DNA of 64,000 nt from Malacoraja senta (Eukaryota), in contig CM075997.1 in the NCBI GenBank assembly GCA_038087875.1, forward strand, positions 5,830,001 to 5,894,000. The letters are read 5' to 3'. The translations under genes were made by a program, and so were the position numbers. Below the pieces are notes generated by a model. It made no database searches and had not been told where the DNA came from. It saw only the letters and a list, made by a program, of their open reading frames with translations. This document shows, piece by piece, positions 50,401-62,744 of this stretch. The stretch's first letter is position 1; every line of letters begins with the position of its first letter.

Positions 50401-52452
50401 GTGACGCCGCGCCCCTCCCCCCACCCCCCACCGCTCAAACTCTACCTCCTCACTCTCTGTCACCCCCCTCCCTCTCTGCCCCCCGGCCTCTCTCTGCCCC
50501 ACCCCCCGCTCCCGCTATGCTCCCCCGCCCCCTCTGTCTCTGCCCTTTGTCTCTGCCCATTGTCTCTGCCCTCTGCCACCCTCTGCTCTCTGACTCTGCC
50601 CACCTCTGTCTCTGCCCGCTGTCTCTGCCTGCTGTCTCTGCCCAGTGCCTTCGCCCTCCCTCTGCCCCTACCCTCCCTCCGCCCCTGCCCTCCCTCTGCC
50701 CCTGCCCTCCCTCAGCCCCTGCCCTCTCTCTGCCCCTGCGCCCTCCCTCTCTAGCCGCGCCTACGAGTTGCGGGCTATGCGTGTGTGGATAGGGCGGGGG
50801 ATGGGGTAAAAGGAGCGAATGATTAATATTCATGTAATATCAGGGGGGGGTGGTTAGTGTGTGTGTGTGTGACGCCGGAGGTCAAAAACTACTTATCTGA
50901 AAATGTCATGCTTTATTTCTCGACATTACTGAAAATGTTTAAAAATGTGACAAAACTTTCAATTAAAAAATGACTGCCTTTCGCTGATGACGTCGCAGTC
51001 TGCTCCGCGCCGTTCTTCCACGCGCTGCGAGTGATGTCACCCCCCCAATCCCTCACCCCCGACACCTCCCCCCCCAATTATTCAAAAGACACAGATAGAA
51101 CAAGCAAGTCAGGGCCTGTACTCGCCCCCTCACTCGGGGTCCTCAGGTCGGCGCATGGTGGGGAGGTTGCTGCCGCAGGCCAAGCCTGGCGGCTGGACCT
51201 GGGCTGGAGCAGAGCCTGGAGCTGGAGTGAGGGAGTATTGCATTTGGGAACCAGCCCTCATCTGTGACGCCACGCGCCCCCCCACCCCTCAAACTCTACC
51301 CCCTCCCTCTCTGCCCCCCCCGCTCCCTCTCTGCACCCCCCTGCTCCATCTCCGCCCCCCCCCCTGCTCCCTCTCTGCCCCACCCTGCTCCCTCTCTGCC
51401 CCACTCCCCGCTCCCTCTCTGCTCCCCCGCCCCCTTTTCCCTCAGTCTCTGCCCTCCCTCTGCCCCTGCCCTCCCCCTGCCCCTGTTCTCTCCCTGCACC
51501 TGCCCCTGCCCTCTCTCTGCATCTGCCCCTGCCCACTCTGCCTCTGCCTCCTCTCTGCCTCTGACCCTGCCCCTGCCCACTCTCTGCCTCTGCCCCTGCC
51601 CTCTCTCTGCCTCTGCCCCTGCCCTCTCTCTGCCCCTGCCCTCTCTCTGCCCCTGCCCCCTCCCTCTCTAGCCGCGCCTGCGAGTTGGGGGCTATGCGTG
51701 AGTGGGTAGGGTGGGGGATTGGGTAAAAGGAGCAAATTATTAATATTAATATAATATCAAGGGGGTGGTTAGTGTGTGTGTGGGGGGGGGGGGGGTTAGT
51801 GTGTGTGTGACGCCGCAGGCCGCCCCCCCCTCGCAACCGCGTGTTGAGGGGACGGGACCCAACGTGTCCCACTTGGTCTATTAACTATTAAAAGTCTGAT
51901 CTTGTACGTAATGTGTGTGTGTTTATTTGTTTGTGTGTTATTACGTATTCGTGAAAAATCTACGCGGTAACGATACATTTTTTACATATTCTGGTTGACA
52001 TTTTTCCCGTGTCCAAAATCTACTTATCTGAAAATTCCATGATTTATTTCTCGACATCACTGAAAATGTTTAAAAATATGATAAAACTTTGAATTTAAAA
52101 ACGACTGCCCTTTGTCGCTGTCCTCTCTCTGCCTCTGTCACTGCCCTCTCTCTGCTTTTGTCGCTGCCCTCTATGCCTCTGTCGCTGCTCTCTCTCTGTG
52201 CCTCTGTCGCTGCTCTCTCTCTGCCTCTGTCACCGCCCTCTCTCTGCCCCTGTCACTGCCCTCTCTCTGCATCTGTCGCTGCCTTCTCTTTGCCTCTGTC
52301 TCTGCCCTCTCTCTGCCTCTGTCTCTGCCCTCTCTCCTCTCTGTCTCTGCCCTCTCTGTCTCTGCCCCCTCTCTTTACCCTCCTCCCTCAAGCAACGCCT
52401 GCGAGTTGGGGGCTATGCATGAGTGGATAGGGCGGGGGATGGGGTAAAAGGG
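47434..52452 (+). mobile_element. Array of non-autonomous Helitron-like elements with (CTCTGCC)n interiors
   Basis: Repeated block ttacatattccgg..gacatttttccc; unit ends ccac.tggtCTAG at 47884 and 49100 and CTAT at 51881; TC starts stacked at 47434-47459. Confidence 0.8.
49162..50005 (+). repeat. GC-rich retroposon inserted in the Helitron array
   Basis: Same layout as the 8633-9367 family (ggcgcc start, gcggcctaccatc, tcacagtg..cgctgtgg stem, acaataaa tail). Confidence 0.65.
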
Positions 52453-53094
52453 GATGGGGTGCATTGCATTGCTACTTTCGGAGACCATGGACTTAAAACC
52501 CAAGTTCCCTCTATTCCTCAACATTCCTTAGCACCCTACGATTTACTGCATGTTTATTACCCACTTGATTTCCTAAAATGCATCACCTTGCAGTTGTTGG
52601 GATTTAATACCATTTGCCAATACTCCACCCAATTTTCCAACTGATCTACTTCCAACTTTCCTTGTTATTTACAATGTTACATCCTCAAATTTACTAATTA
52701 TATTTCCTACGTTCGACTACTATGTTCACAATGGATCCAAAAAGGGCACCAATCCCTATAGTACAACGCCAGACATGGAGTTCCAGTCAGAAAAGCCACC
52801 AATACTTCTACTACCTGCCCAGTTTGATTTCCTAAGTTAAGATCAAGTCTCAGGTAGATATTTCTATATATTGTCCCAAAAATCGTCATTCAATGCACTT
52901 AACAAATCCTGCTCCATCTAATCTTGAACCAAGGCAATCTTGGTAAATATTAGGTAAGTTAAGATGCCCCACTCGTACAACTCTATTGCAAAATAACTTT
53001 CTACGATTAGCTTACCCATCTGTTCCCTTAACTTCCACTGATTATTGAGGCCTGTAGTAGTAGCCTAGCAAAGTGATCATCCCTCTCCTATTGT

Positions 53095-53415
53095 GTAGGA
53101 AGGAACTGAAGAGGGATTTCGACCCGAAACGTTGCCTATTTCCTTCGCTCCATAGATGCTGCCTCACTCGCTGAGTTTCTCCAGCATTTTTGTCTACCAA
53201 GGAACTGCAGATGCTGGTTTATGCCGAAGATAGACGTAAAGTGCTGGAGCAACTCAGCGGATCAGGCAGCATCTCCGGAGAAAAGGAAAAAGTGACGTTT
53301 CGGGTCAGAATCCTCAGACTCTGAGCCGAAGAAGGTTTCCAACCCGAAAAGTCACCTGTTCCTTTTCTCCAGAGATGCTGCCTGACCCGCTGAGATGCTC
53401 CATCACTTTGTGTCT
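53095..53415. mobile_element. Nested Penelope-like terminal repeats with 16-bp outer TSD
   Basis: atccctctcctattgt at 53079-53094 and 53416-53431; inner aaggaactg duplicated at 53100 and 53199. Confidence 0.85.
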
Positions 53416-53431
53416 ATCCCTCTCCTATTGT

Positions 53432-54260
53432 TAGGTTATATCCATATGACCTCACTGGACAATCCCTCCAGGATATGATCTTTAAGTACTGCCGTTGTGT
53501 TTTCCTAATCAGTAAAGTGACGTTGCCTCCTTTTTTGCATTTCCCCATGTCACATCTGAAATGTCGACACCCTGCAATATTATGCCACCAGTCCTGCATT
53601 TATCTCAACAAAGTTTCCATAATTGCAAGAACATCATATTTCAAGTGCAGATCTATGCTGTTAATTTTTCTGACTAACCTATGAGAATCCTTGCTTTAAA
53701 ATAAATGCATTTAAGTATATCGCCCTCTTATGCTTTCTGGCTCTGTCTACTCTTCCCACTGGACTTGTCAATTCTACTTTCTACATGCTTGTCAGCTTCC
53801 CCACCTGGTACACTGCCACTCTTGGTACCAAACCCAGCCTCTCTGGTTTAAACTCTCCTGAGTAACATGATCAAGGATGTTGGTCCTCCTCCAGTTCGAG
53901 TGAAGCCTATTCTCCTTGTTCAAATGAACCTTGCCCATGAAGAGATCCGAATGATCCATAAATCTGAAGCCCACCCTCCTGCACCAGCTATTTAGCCACA
54001 CATTCAGTTGTCTTGTCTTACTATTTCAATATAGGTACTTGGTAGTTCCAATGACAAAAAGGTCTCTTGCCCTACTTGCCTGTGCCTACTGTCCTTCTGG
54101 TGGTGTCACCCACCTCCTTCCTGTACATTTGACATGACCAACCAGCTCAGCGTACTATCTACCTCATTTTCTGCATCCTGGATGTTCTATTGTGCGTCCA
54201 ACCATATCTGCAACTGTTTTTACAGTCAGATAGGAGCTGCAGCTGGACATACTTCTCACA
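53432..54260 (-). mobile_element. Degenerate CR1 fragment (ORF1 esterase and endonuclease)
   Basis: WLNSWCRRVGFRFMDHSDLF and NIAGCRHFRCD...GGNVTLLIR. Confidence 0.65.
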
Positions 54261-54351
54261 GTAACAGTCACCAGTGGCTTTGACCTATTTCTGTTTCTTG
54301 TGTAAAAGCAATAGTAAGTCAATAACTATGTTTTCCTTTTGCATTTTGCAG

Positions 54352-54578
54352 AATATTATGCCCATTTCAGCAGCAATGTTTAAGAGTGAACGGAAGAATA
54401 CCACACCTCAATGTCCTCCCAGACTTGACGTCCAAATGATCACACCAGTAGTGTGGAGTCGCATGCCAAATGACTTTTTGATTGTAGACACTGGACGTAT
54501 CAGTGAACGGCATGGATGGATGGTCGAATGCATTGACCCAATTATCATGATGGCACTACATATTCCTGAGGAAAACAG
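54352..54578 (+). CDS. RYR1: Ryanodine receptor exon ([23 protein letters not shown]...[10 protein letters not shown])
   Basis: tttgcag acceptor, gtgata donor; 227 nt, phase 0 to 2. Confidence 0.96.
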
Positions 54579-54782
54579 GTGATATATTGATTGTTTATGG
54601 TGTATAAAATAACCCAGTTTAACAGAAAGTCATTTTCTTAACAAGTAAAATTGAATCATGCTGTTTTAAATAAAGTGACATTTCAATCAAGTTTGCTTAA
54701 CTAATTTCAGTTATGAGTTGTAATTTTGCACCTCCTTCCAAAACAAGCTTTAATGTACAAATCTTTAAATATTTTCTTGCAG

Positions 54783-55662
54783 ATGTATTGACATCTTGGA
54801 GTTGTCTGAACGCAAAGACCTTTTAAAATTTCACTACCACACATTGCTACTCTACTGTGCTGTCTGTGCATTAGGCAACAACCGGGTTGCCCATGCCATT
54901 TGTAGCCATGTTGACGAATTTCAGTTACTCTACACTATTGAGAACATGTACATATCAGGTCTTCTACGTAGCGGCTATTATGATCTACTTATTAGTGTGC
55001 ATCTGGAATCAGCTAAACGATCTCGACTCATGATGAATAATGAGTTCATTGTCCCTATGACTGAAGAAACCAAACAAATCACATTGTTCCCAAATGGGTA
55101 CAGAGTTCATGGCCTACCTGGTGTGGGAGTTTCCACATGTTTGCGACCCCCACTCCATTTTGCATCTCTATCATTTGTTGGCACTAGTGATGATCGTTAC
55201 CAGTTCAGCCCTGAGATTCCATTAGACATTCTTAAAACAAAAGCAATTAACATGCTGACTGAGGCTGTTCAAGACGGTGGACAACATACAAGAGATCCTG
55301 TGGGCGGAAGTGTGGAATTCCAATTTGTCCCAGTACTAAAACTTGCGAGCACTCTCCTTATCATGGGAGTCTTTGATGATGAAGATGTTAAACACATACT
55401 TAAGATGATTGAACCTAATGTGTTTGTTGATGTCAAAGAAAAAGTTGAAAAAATTGAAAATGAAAATATGAAGGAAGAAGCAGTGCCAACAGTCAATGGA
55501 GAGGGGGAAGGTGAAGGAGAAGAAGCAGAAGAGAAAGAAGAAGAGAAAGATGAGCAAGAGATAGATGAGACAAAAGAAGATATTGTTGAAGAAAGTGCTA
55601 AGGAGGAGGAACTAGAGGAAGGACTGCTGCAGATGAAATTGCCCGAATCAGTCAAATTACAG
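54783..55662 (+). CDS. RYR1: Large ryanodine receptor exon (CIDILELSE...[23 protein letters not shown]...Glu-rich D3...[16 protein letters not shown])
   Basis: ttcttgcag acceptor, gtatga donor; 880 nt open frame, phase 2 to 0; long acidic tract typical of RYR1. Confidence 0.96.
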
Positions 55663-56224
55663 GTATGAATATATTTATTAGAGTTTTTAATATTATTTTT
55701 ACTTAATTCTCTGGACACAGCTTTATTAACCTGGATATTGTGCTGAGAATAAGGAGGAAGCTTTAGTGTTTGCCAATGTAAAGGAGTAAATACAGTGACA
55801 GATTCTGGTGACTTCATTTGTGCAATGAATTTTGGGTAGCTGCAGTCTAAATTATCCTACTTTTCCATATCCCGTAGGTAGCTCACCAAGCAGCTTGCCA
55901 ATCACATTATAAAATGCTGAGCTGAGTATGCAACCACTGGATAACCATTAATATATTTTAAATGTTTATGATTATACATTTTCACACCATCTTTGCCAAA
56001 CAGTCTTTTCAGACACAGAATGTTGAGTTTTAGAAATGAAAAATATCATTTATAAATATAAACATTTCTGTTCGTCTCCATCATCTCTCACAGTCCCAGT
56101 TTTATTTTCATTGTTTATGTTTGCATTATTTTCGATTAATGTTAACTTCCCAATGTAACTTCCAAGTATTTAACTCTTGAGAAGTGTGAGGTGTTGCATT
56201 TTGCTAAGTTAAACCAGGGCATGG

Positions 56225-56915
56225 CTTACACAGTAAACGGTAGGGCCTTAGAGCGTATGGTATAATAAAGAGACCAAGTTTCATGAAAGTGGTGACAGAG
56301 GTAAATAGGGTAGTAAAGAATGCATTTGCCACGCTTGTCTTCATCCGTCAAGCTTTGAGTACAGAAGTTGGGGCATAATATTGCAACTGTCCAAGATGTT
56401 GGTGAGAGCACACAGAATATTATGCGTAATTCTGGTCTCTCAGCTATATGAACGATGTCATTAAGCTGGAAAGGATGCAGAAAAGATTTATGAGGTTGTT
56501 ACCGGAACTGGAGAGCTTGAGTTATAAGGAGAGGCTGCATAGTTTGGGACTTCTTTCCCTGGAGCAGAAGAGGTTGAGAGGTAGAAGTATTTAAAATCAC
56601 GAGGTGGCGTGGATAAGATGGATGGTGATAGTCTTTTCCGAGGGTAGGTAAAACTATAACGCATAGATTTAAGGTGACAGGGGAAACATTTAAAGGGATC
56701 CTGTGGGGAGCTTTTTAATACAAAGGTGGTGGTTATATGACAGGAGCTGCCAGAGGAAGTTACAGTGGCAATTACAATTTGTACATGTAAACGAATAGAA
56801 AAAAACGTTGAGGCATATTGGCCAGGTACAGTCAGTGGAAGTAGCTCTGATAAATATCGTGGTTGACGCAGATGAGTTGGGCCAAAGGGCCTGGTTCTGT
56901 ACTGTATATCTCTCT
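56225..56915 (+). mobile_element. Degenerate CR1 3' fragment
   Basis: Resembles the ORF2 C-terminus and the gggccaaagggcctg tail. Confidence 0.7.
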
Positions 56916-57363
56916 AACTCTAAGATTCAGCAAGAAATCTTCAATCTCATTGATTGTGATTATACACCACTGTGTTTACATCATCCATGTCCCAGATTAT
57001 TTCAAGAGGTTACCCACGATTTTGGCTTCCACATCCTTTCTTATTCCACTGTCCTTTCTTCATACTGGTTTGGTCTAAATCATAATTATTAAGATGGCAA
57101 ACCTCCTATAAGATGGTGTACTAGTCCACAGATGGTAGAATTTTACAATGTATACATTTTGGTTGACATTCCCACATTGTACTGGAGTACTATTCATCCA
57201 GTGGTCAAACCAATGTAGAATGTGCATTGGAAAATGAGTTATTCACTTCAGAGATCAGTTAATCATTCCTAAAACTGTAGCCTGCCTTCATATGCATTGT
57301 GAGCACAACTGTTGTCGACATTTTCTCCACAATAATTATTTTGGAGAATCTGTTGGCTGAGAT

Positions 57364-59200
57364 TGGAGTTTGGAGTTTGTAAAATGTGTGCAGGATAGTT
57401 TTTTGCAGCAATACATAGAGGTACCTACTAGAGAAGGGGCAGTGCTGGACCTCCTGTTAGGAAATGAGACAGGGCAGGTGGCGGAGGTAAGCGTTGGGGA
57501 GCACTTCGGGTCCAGTGATCACAATACCATTAGTTTCAATATAATTATGGAGAGGGTCAGAACTGGACCTAGGGTTGAGATTTTTGATTGGAGAAAGGCT
57601 AACTTTGAGGAGATGCGAAAGGATTTAAAAGGAGTGAATTGGGACATGTTGTTTTATGGGAAAGATGTAGAAGAGAAATGGAGGACATTTAAAGGTGAAA
57701 TTTTAAGAGTACAGAATCTTTATGTCCCTGTTCTGTTGAAAGGAAATAGTAAAAATTGGAAAGAGCCATGGTTTTCAAGGGAAATTGGACACTTGGTTCG
57801 GAAAAAGAGAGAGATCTACAATAATTATAGGCAGCATGGAGTAAATGAGGTGCTTGAGGAGTATCAAGAATGTAAAAAGAATATTAAGAAAGAAATTAGA
57901 AAAGCTAAAAGAAGATATGAGGTTGCTTTGGCAAGTAAGGTGAAAGTAAATCCAAAGGGTTTCTACAGCTATATTAATAGCAAAAGGATAACAAGGAATA
58001 AAATTGGTCCATTAGAGAGTCAGAGTGGACAGCTATCTGCAGAGCCAAAAGAGATGGGGGACATATTGAACAATTTCTTTTCTTCGGTATTCACCAAGGA
58101 GAAGGATATGGAATTATGTGAGGTAAGGGAAACAAGCAGAGTAGCAATGGGAACTATGAGATTCAAAGAAGAGGATCTCATAGCAATTATAGACCTGTTA
58201 GTTTGACGTCAGTTGTGGGCAAATTAATGGAAAGGATACTTAGAGATAATATCTATAAGCATCTGGATAAGCAGGGTCTGATTAGGAACAGTCAACATGG
58301 ATTTGTGCCTGGAAGGTCATGTTTGACTAATCTTCTAGAATTTTTCGAAGAGGTTACTAGGGAAATTGATGAGGGTAAAGCAGTGGATGTTGTCTATATG
58401 GACTTCAGTAAGGCCTTTGACAAGGTTCCTCATGGAAGGTTAAGAAGATTAAATTGTTGGGTATTAATGGTGGAGTAGCAAGATGGATTCAACAGTGGCT
58501 GAATGGGAGATGCCAGAGAGTAATGGTGGATGGCTGTTTGTCAGTTGGAGGCCGGTGACTAGTGGGGTGCCTCAGGGGTCTGTGTTGGGTCCACTGTTGT
58601 TTGTCATGTACATCAATGATCTGGATGATGGTGTGGAAAATTGGATTAGTAAGTATGCAGATGATACTAAGATAGGTGGTGTGGATAATGAAGTAGATTT
58701 TCAAAGTCTACAGAGAGATTTAGGCCATTTGGAAGAGTGGGCTGAAAAATGGCAGATGGAGTTTAATGCTGATAAATGTGAGGTACTACATCTCGGCAGG
58801 ACAAATCAAAATAGGACGTACATGGTAAATGGTAGAGAATTGAGGAATGCAGTTGAACAGAGGGATCTAGGAATAACTGTGCATAGTTCCCTGAAGGTGG
58901 AATCTCATGTAGATAGGGTGGTAAATAAAGGTTTTGGTGTGCTGGCCTTTATAAATCAGAGTAATGTTAAAATTGTACAAGGCATTGGTGAGGCCAATTC
59001 TGGAGTATGGAGTACAATTTCCTAATTATAGGAAGGATGTCAACAAAATAGAGAGAGTACAGAGGAGATTTACTAGAATGTTGCCTGGGTTTCAGCAACT
59101 AAGTTACAGAGAAAGGTTGAACAAGTTAGGTCTTTATTAAAATGTTCGGCACGGACTTGAAGGGCCGATGGCCTGTTTCCGTGCTGTAATGGTTATATGA
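57364..59200 (+). mobile_element. CR1 LINE, same subfamily as 41539-44302, opposite orientation, multiple deletions
   Basis: EFVKCVQDSFLQQYIEVPTREGAVLDLLLGNE...YADDTKIGG nearly identical to the minus-strand copy. Confidence 0.95.
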
Positions 59201-59264
59201 GATCCTTATGTCTTACAACATCTTTGAATTTGTGATTGACAGATCCAATTACTGCTCAACCTAG

Positions 59265-60345
59265 GTAGACACAAAATGCTGGAGGAACTGAGTGCGGCAG
59301 GTAGCATCTCTGGAGAGAAGGAATGGGTGATGTTTCGGGTCGAGACCCTTCTTCAGACTGATGTCAGGGGAATAGGCGGGACAAAAATAGAATGTAGTCG
59401 GAGACAGTTAAGGGGCTGTCCCACTGCAGCGACCTAATTGGCAAGTTTAGAAGAGTTTGCCCTCGACTCGTATTCGCAGCATGGTCGACACGAGGTCCTA
59501 GGAGTTCTTTGTAACTCTCCTTCATGCTCGAGAGTAGTCCCCGCGTACTCGAGGCCTCAGCTAGGTCGCGGCGTATTTTTTAACATGCTGAAAAATGTCC
59601 GCGAGTAAAAAAAGGTCGACATGGAAAAAAAATCAATATTTTTTTTACTCGTAGGTTTAGTCGAAGTAGGTCGTAGTAGGTCGTCATGTTCTTCATAGGT
59701 AATCGAGGGTAATCGAAGATAATCAAAGGTAGTCGTAGATAGTCTGAAACATAGTCGAAGGGAGGTCGAAGGAGATCGAAGGAGGTCGTCTTCATTCTCC
59801 ACTATTCGGTGTCCAATTTTCCCGAAGCTAGTCGAAGCTAGTCTTCATAGTCGAAGGAGGTCGAAGGAGGTCTTCAACATGACACTTTTTCAAACTCTCC
59901 TAAACTCTTCTAAACTCGCCAATTAGGTCGCCGCATTGGCACAGCCCTTTAAGACTGGTGGGTGAACTGGGGGAGGGGATGGAGAGAGAGGGAAAGCTAG
60001 GGCTATTTGAAGTTAGAGAAGTCAATGTCCATACCGCTGGGGTATGTCACCCAAGCGAAATATGAGGTGTTGTTCCTCCAATTTACGCTGGACGACACTC
60101 TGACAACGGAGGAGGCCCAGGACAGAAAGGTCAGATTGGGTAAGGGAGGGGGAGTTAAAGTGTTGAGCAACCAGGAGATCAGGTAGGTTAAGGCAGACTG
60201 AGCGAAGGTGTTCAGCGAAACGATCGCCGAGCCTGCACTTGGTCTCGCCGATGTACAGAAGTTGACACCTGGAACAGCGGATACAGTAGATGAGGTTGGA
60301 GGAGGTGCAAGTGAACCTCTGCCTCACCTGAAAAGACTGTCGGGG
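59265..60345 (-). mobile_element. Penelope-like GIY-YIG endonuclease fragment plus terminal repeat, split by a MITE
   Basis: FTCTSSNLIYCIRCSRCQLLYIGETKCRLGDRFAEHLRSV; hammerhead-like motif at 59329-59356 (minus). Confidence 0.9.
59411..59949. mobile_element. PIF/Harbinger-like MITE
   Basis: TIR ggggctgtcccactgcagcgacctaattggc vs gccaattaggtcgccgcattggcacagccc; TTA/TAA flanks; internal gtcgaag repeats. Confidence 0.85.
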
Positions 60346-62067
60346 TGCATGGATATGCTCAACCTATTTGGTTTCTGCAACCTGTCTATTCAATGCTTGT
60401 GTGCTGATGATTCACTAACTTTAAGGTGATGAGATTATGATCTGAAATGTGGTACTATTCAGTATTAGTTTATTTTCTGGAGCGGGGCCTTCAATATCGG
60501 GAGCCTCGATCGCCTCGATGCAGTAGTTTGACTGCCTAACCACGGGAGAAGAAGCAAGGAAGAGATAAGACTTTTTTTTACCTTTCAACACAGTGAGGAG
60601 GTGCCTGGAGGAGAATCACTGTGATGGGTGTTTATGTTAAATTTATGTAATTGTGTGTTTTGTTTGCCTTTTATTGTTATAAGTGTACAGTAACGATATC
60701 TCGTTCAAAATGTTTTTTGCATGACAAATAAATTCAATATATGTATGACCTGGATGTAGGGCCTACAATATATGTAGGGCCTGGAGATGTGACTTGCTCA
60801 TGACCTTGTGTTTCAGGCCCAACAAAGTTAATTTGCTTTATTAATGACCTTCCTATCATAAAGTCAGAAGTGAAGATGTCTGGTGATGATAATGTAAATT
60901 TAAATTCCTTAGCTGCTTTCTTAAGTATTGTTGCCCAAGACACCTGTAATATCATGGGAGAAACCATCATTGGGTATTCTGCCACTTAAGTCCCTTTGCA
61001 CACACCACCACACCATCTATCGCGTGAGTATGACATTTTTTTGCAGCCCAGTAGTGGAAAATAGGCAAGTGGCATGAAACTCATATAGTAAAGGTCGACA
61101 ACATTCACGGATAGGATGAGAAGTGTAACGAACATTCATTCAACAGATGCTTGCACCAGGCGATTACCACCTCGCTCAAGAAGGTTCAATCATCTATCCT
61201 TGCCTTCCATAGACATTATCATCGGTGAGTCCCATAATATGCTGCCCGACCCGCTGAGTTACACCAGCATTTTGTATAAACTAGGATCTGCAGTTCCTAT
61301 TTATTACATTATCCCATATTATAAGTATTCTGGGACTGGTGTTAATGTTGCCAATTACCAGAATCTCAAATGGACCAGCCATATAAATATTGTGATTACA
61401 GGAATAGTTCAGAGATCGGGTAACCTGCAACAAGGCAGGCATGTGATCCAATACCCTCCACTTGCTTGGATTGCAGCTCCAACAATACTCATTGACAGCA
61501 ACCACAACAAAACTGCCTGCTTAAATGCTACAACATAAACAATCTAAACATTTGTTCACTTCATCACGGTGACTACAATGAATGTCAGCTGCAATATGTG
61601 CTACAGTTTACTCTAGCTTCTCTAGCTGCTCCAACTAGACGACTTATTCTACTAAACATGCAACTACGACTTCAACTACATATGCAACTACACTTCAAGT
61701 GTGCCCGAGAAAACAGCCAACAGAAGCTCGGACCATTTTCACCCTGGTCAGGATGCCCAAGGTCCAGCTGGTATCTAATGATGATCACTTTGCAGAGAAG
61801 GTGGGAGGGGGTGATATTGGAGGGGATGTGGGATGATGATTGGTAGGAGAGGAAGGGACATGGTTGCTGAGGATGTCATGTAAATCAAGGGCAGAAAAGT
61901 ACATTTTAAAGGGGGAATGTACTTTATAAACATTCTTGACAGATTGATTTTTTATTTTAAAACCCTGTGGTGCAAGGCCATGAATCCAAAATAGGATTTT
62001 TTTTCATTTAAGCAAATAAAATTTAAATGTAATTTATGATTATTACCAATTATCTTTTTCATTGCAG

Positions 62068-62268
62068 ATGTGCAAACTTTTACAGTTCTTCTGCGACTGT
62101 GAATTGCGACATAGGGTTGAATCGATTGCATCGCTTGCAGATCGATTTGTTAATAGAATGCAAACAGATCAGAGGGAGCGTTACCGTGAGCTCATGCTGT
62201 GCTTCAACATGAGTGCAGCTGAGACTGCCAGAAAAACACGAGAATTCCGCTCACCACCACAAGAACAG
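62068..62268 (+). CDS. RYR1: Ryanodine receptor exon ([19 protein letters not shown]...[17 protein letters not shown])
   Basis: attgcag acceptor, gtaact donor; 201 nt, phase 0 to 0. Confidence 0.96.
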
Positions 62269-62744
62269 GTAACTCATGAGATATTACTTGAAATTAAAGT
62301 GTTGATGATTAGGACAAATACAATATGGAAACATTTTATTTTTGGTTACCCGGTACTGCTAGTGTGCGCTGATGGATTCCATGGATGACCCAGGCAGCTG
62401 GGCACCAAGTTTATATTAGTCATTGGTCCTCCATCGACAATTCACGGGTACATTTTCAGGACCTTTAAAGCGTGGATCGGCATGGCCAACAGTCACATTT
62501 ACACTGGACCCATGATTGGCGGTGGTCATGGTTGGGCATATCAGGACCTTAATACAGACAATTTCAGCAGCAGGTTGAATGGCAGAAGGCAAAAGTGGCA
62601 ATTAAAGTTTTGTTTTCTGGTTGGCTGCCAGTGCCTAGCGGAGTTCCGCAGGGATCGATGCTGGGGCCGCTACTCTTCACGTTGTGTATTAATGATTTTG
62701 ATGAGGGGATTCAAGGTTTTGTGGACAAATTCCCAAGTTATAGT

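Noticed and set aside
55269..55817. 182-aa antisense ORF with poly-Ser
   Set aside because: Mirror of the Glu-rich sense exon; no independent support.
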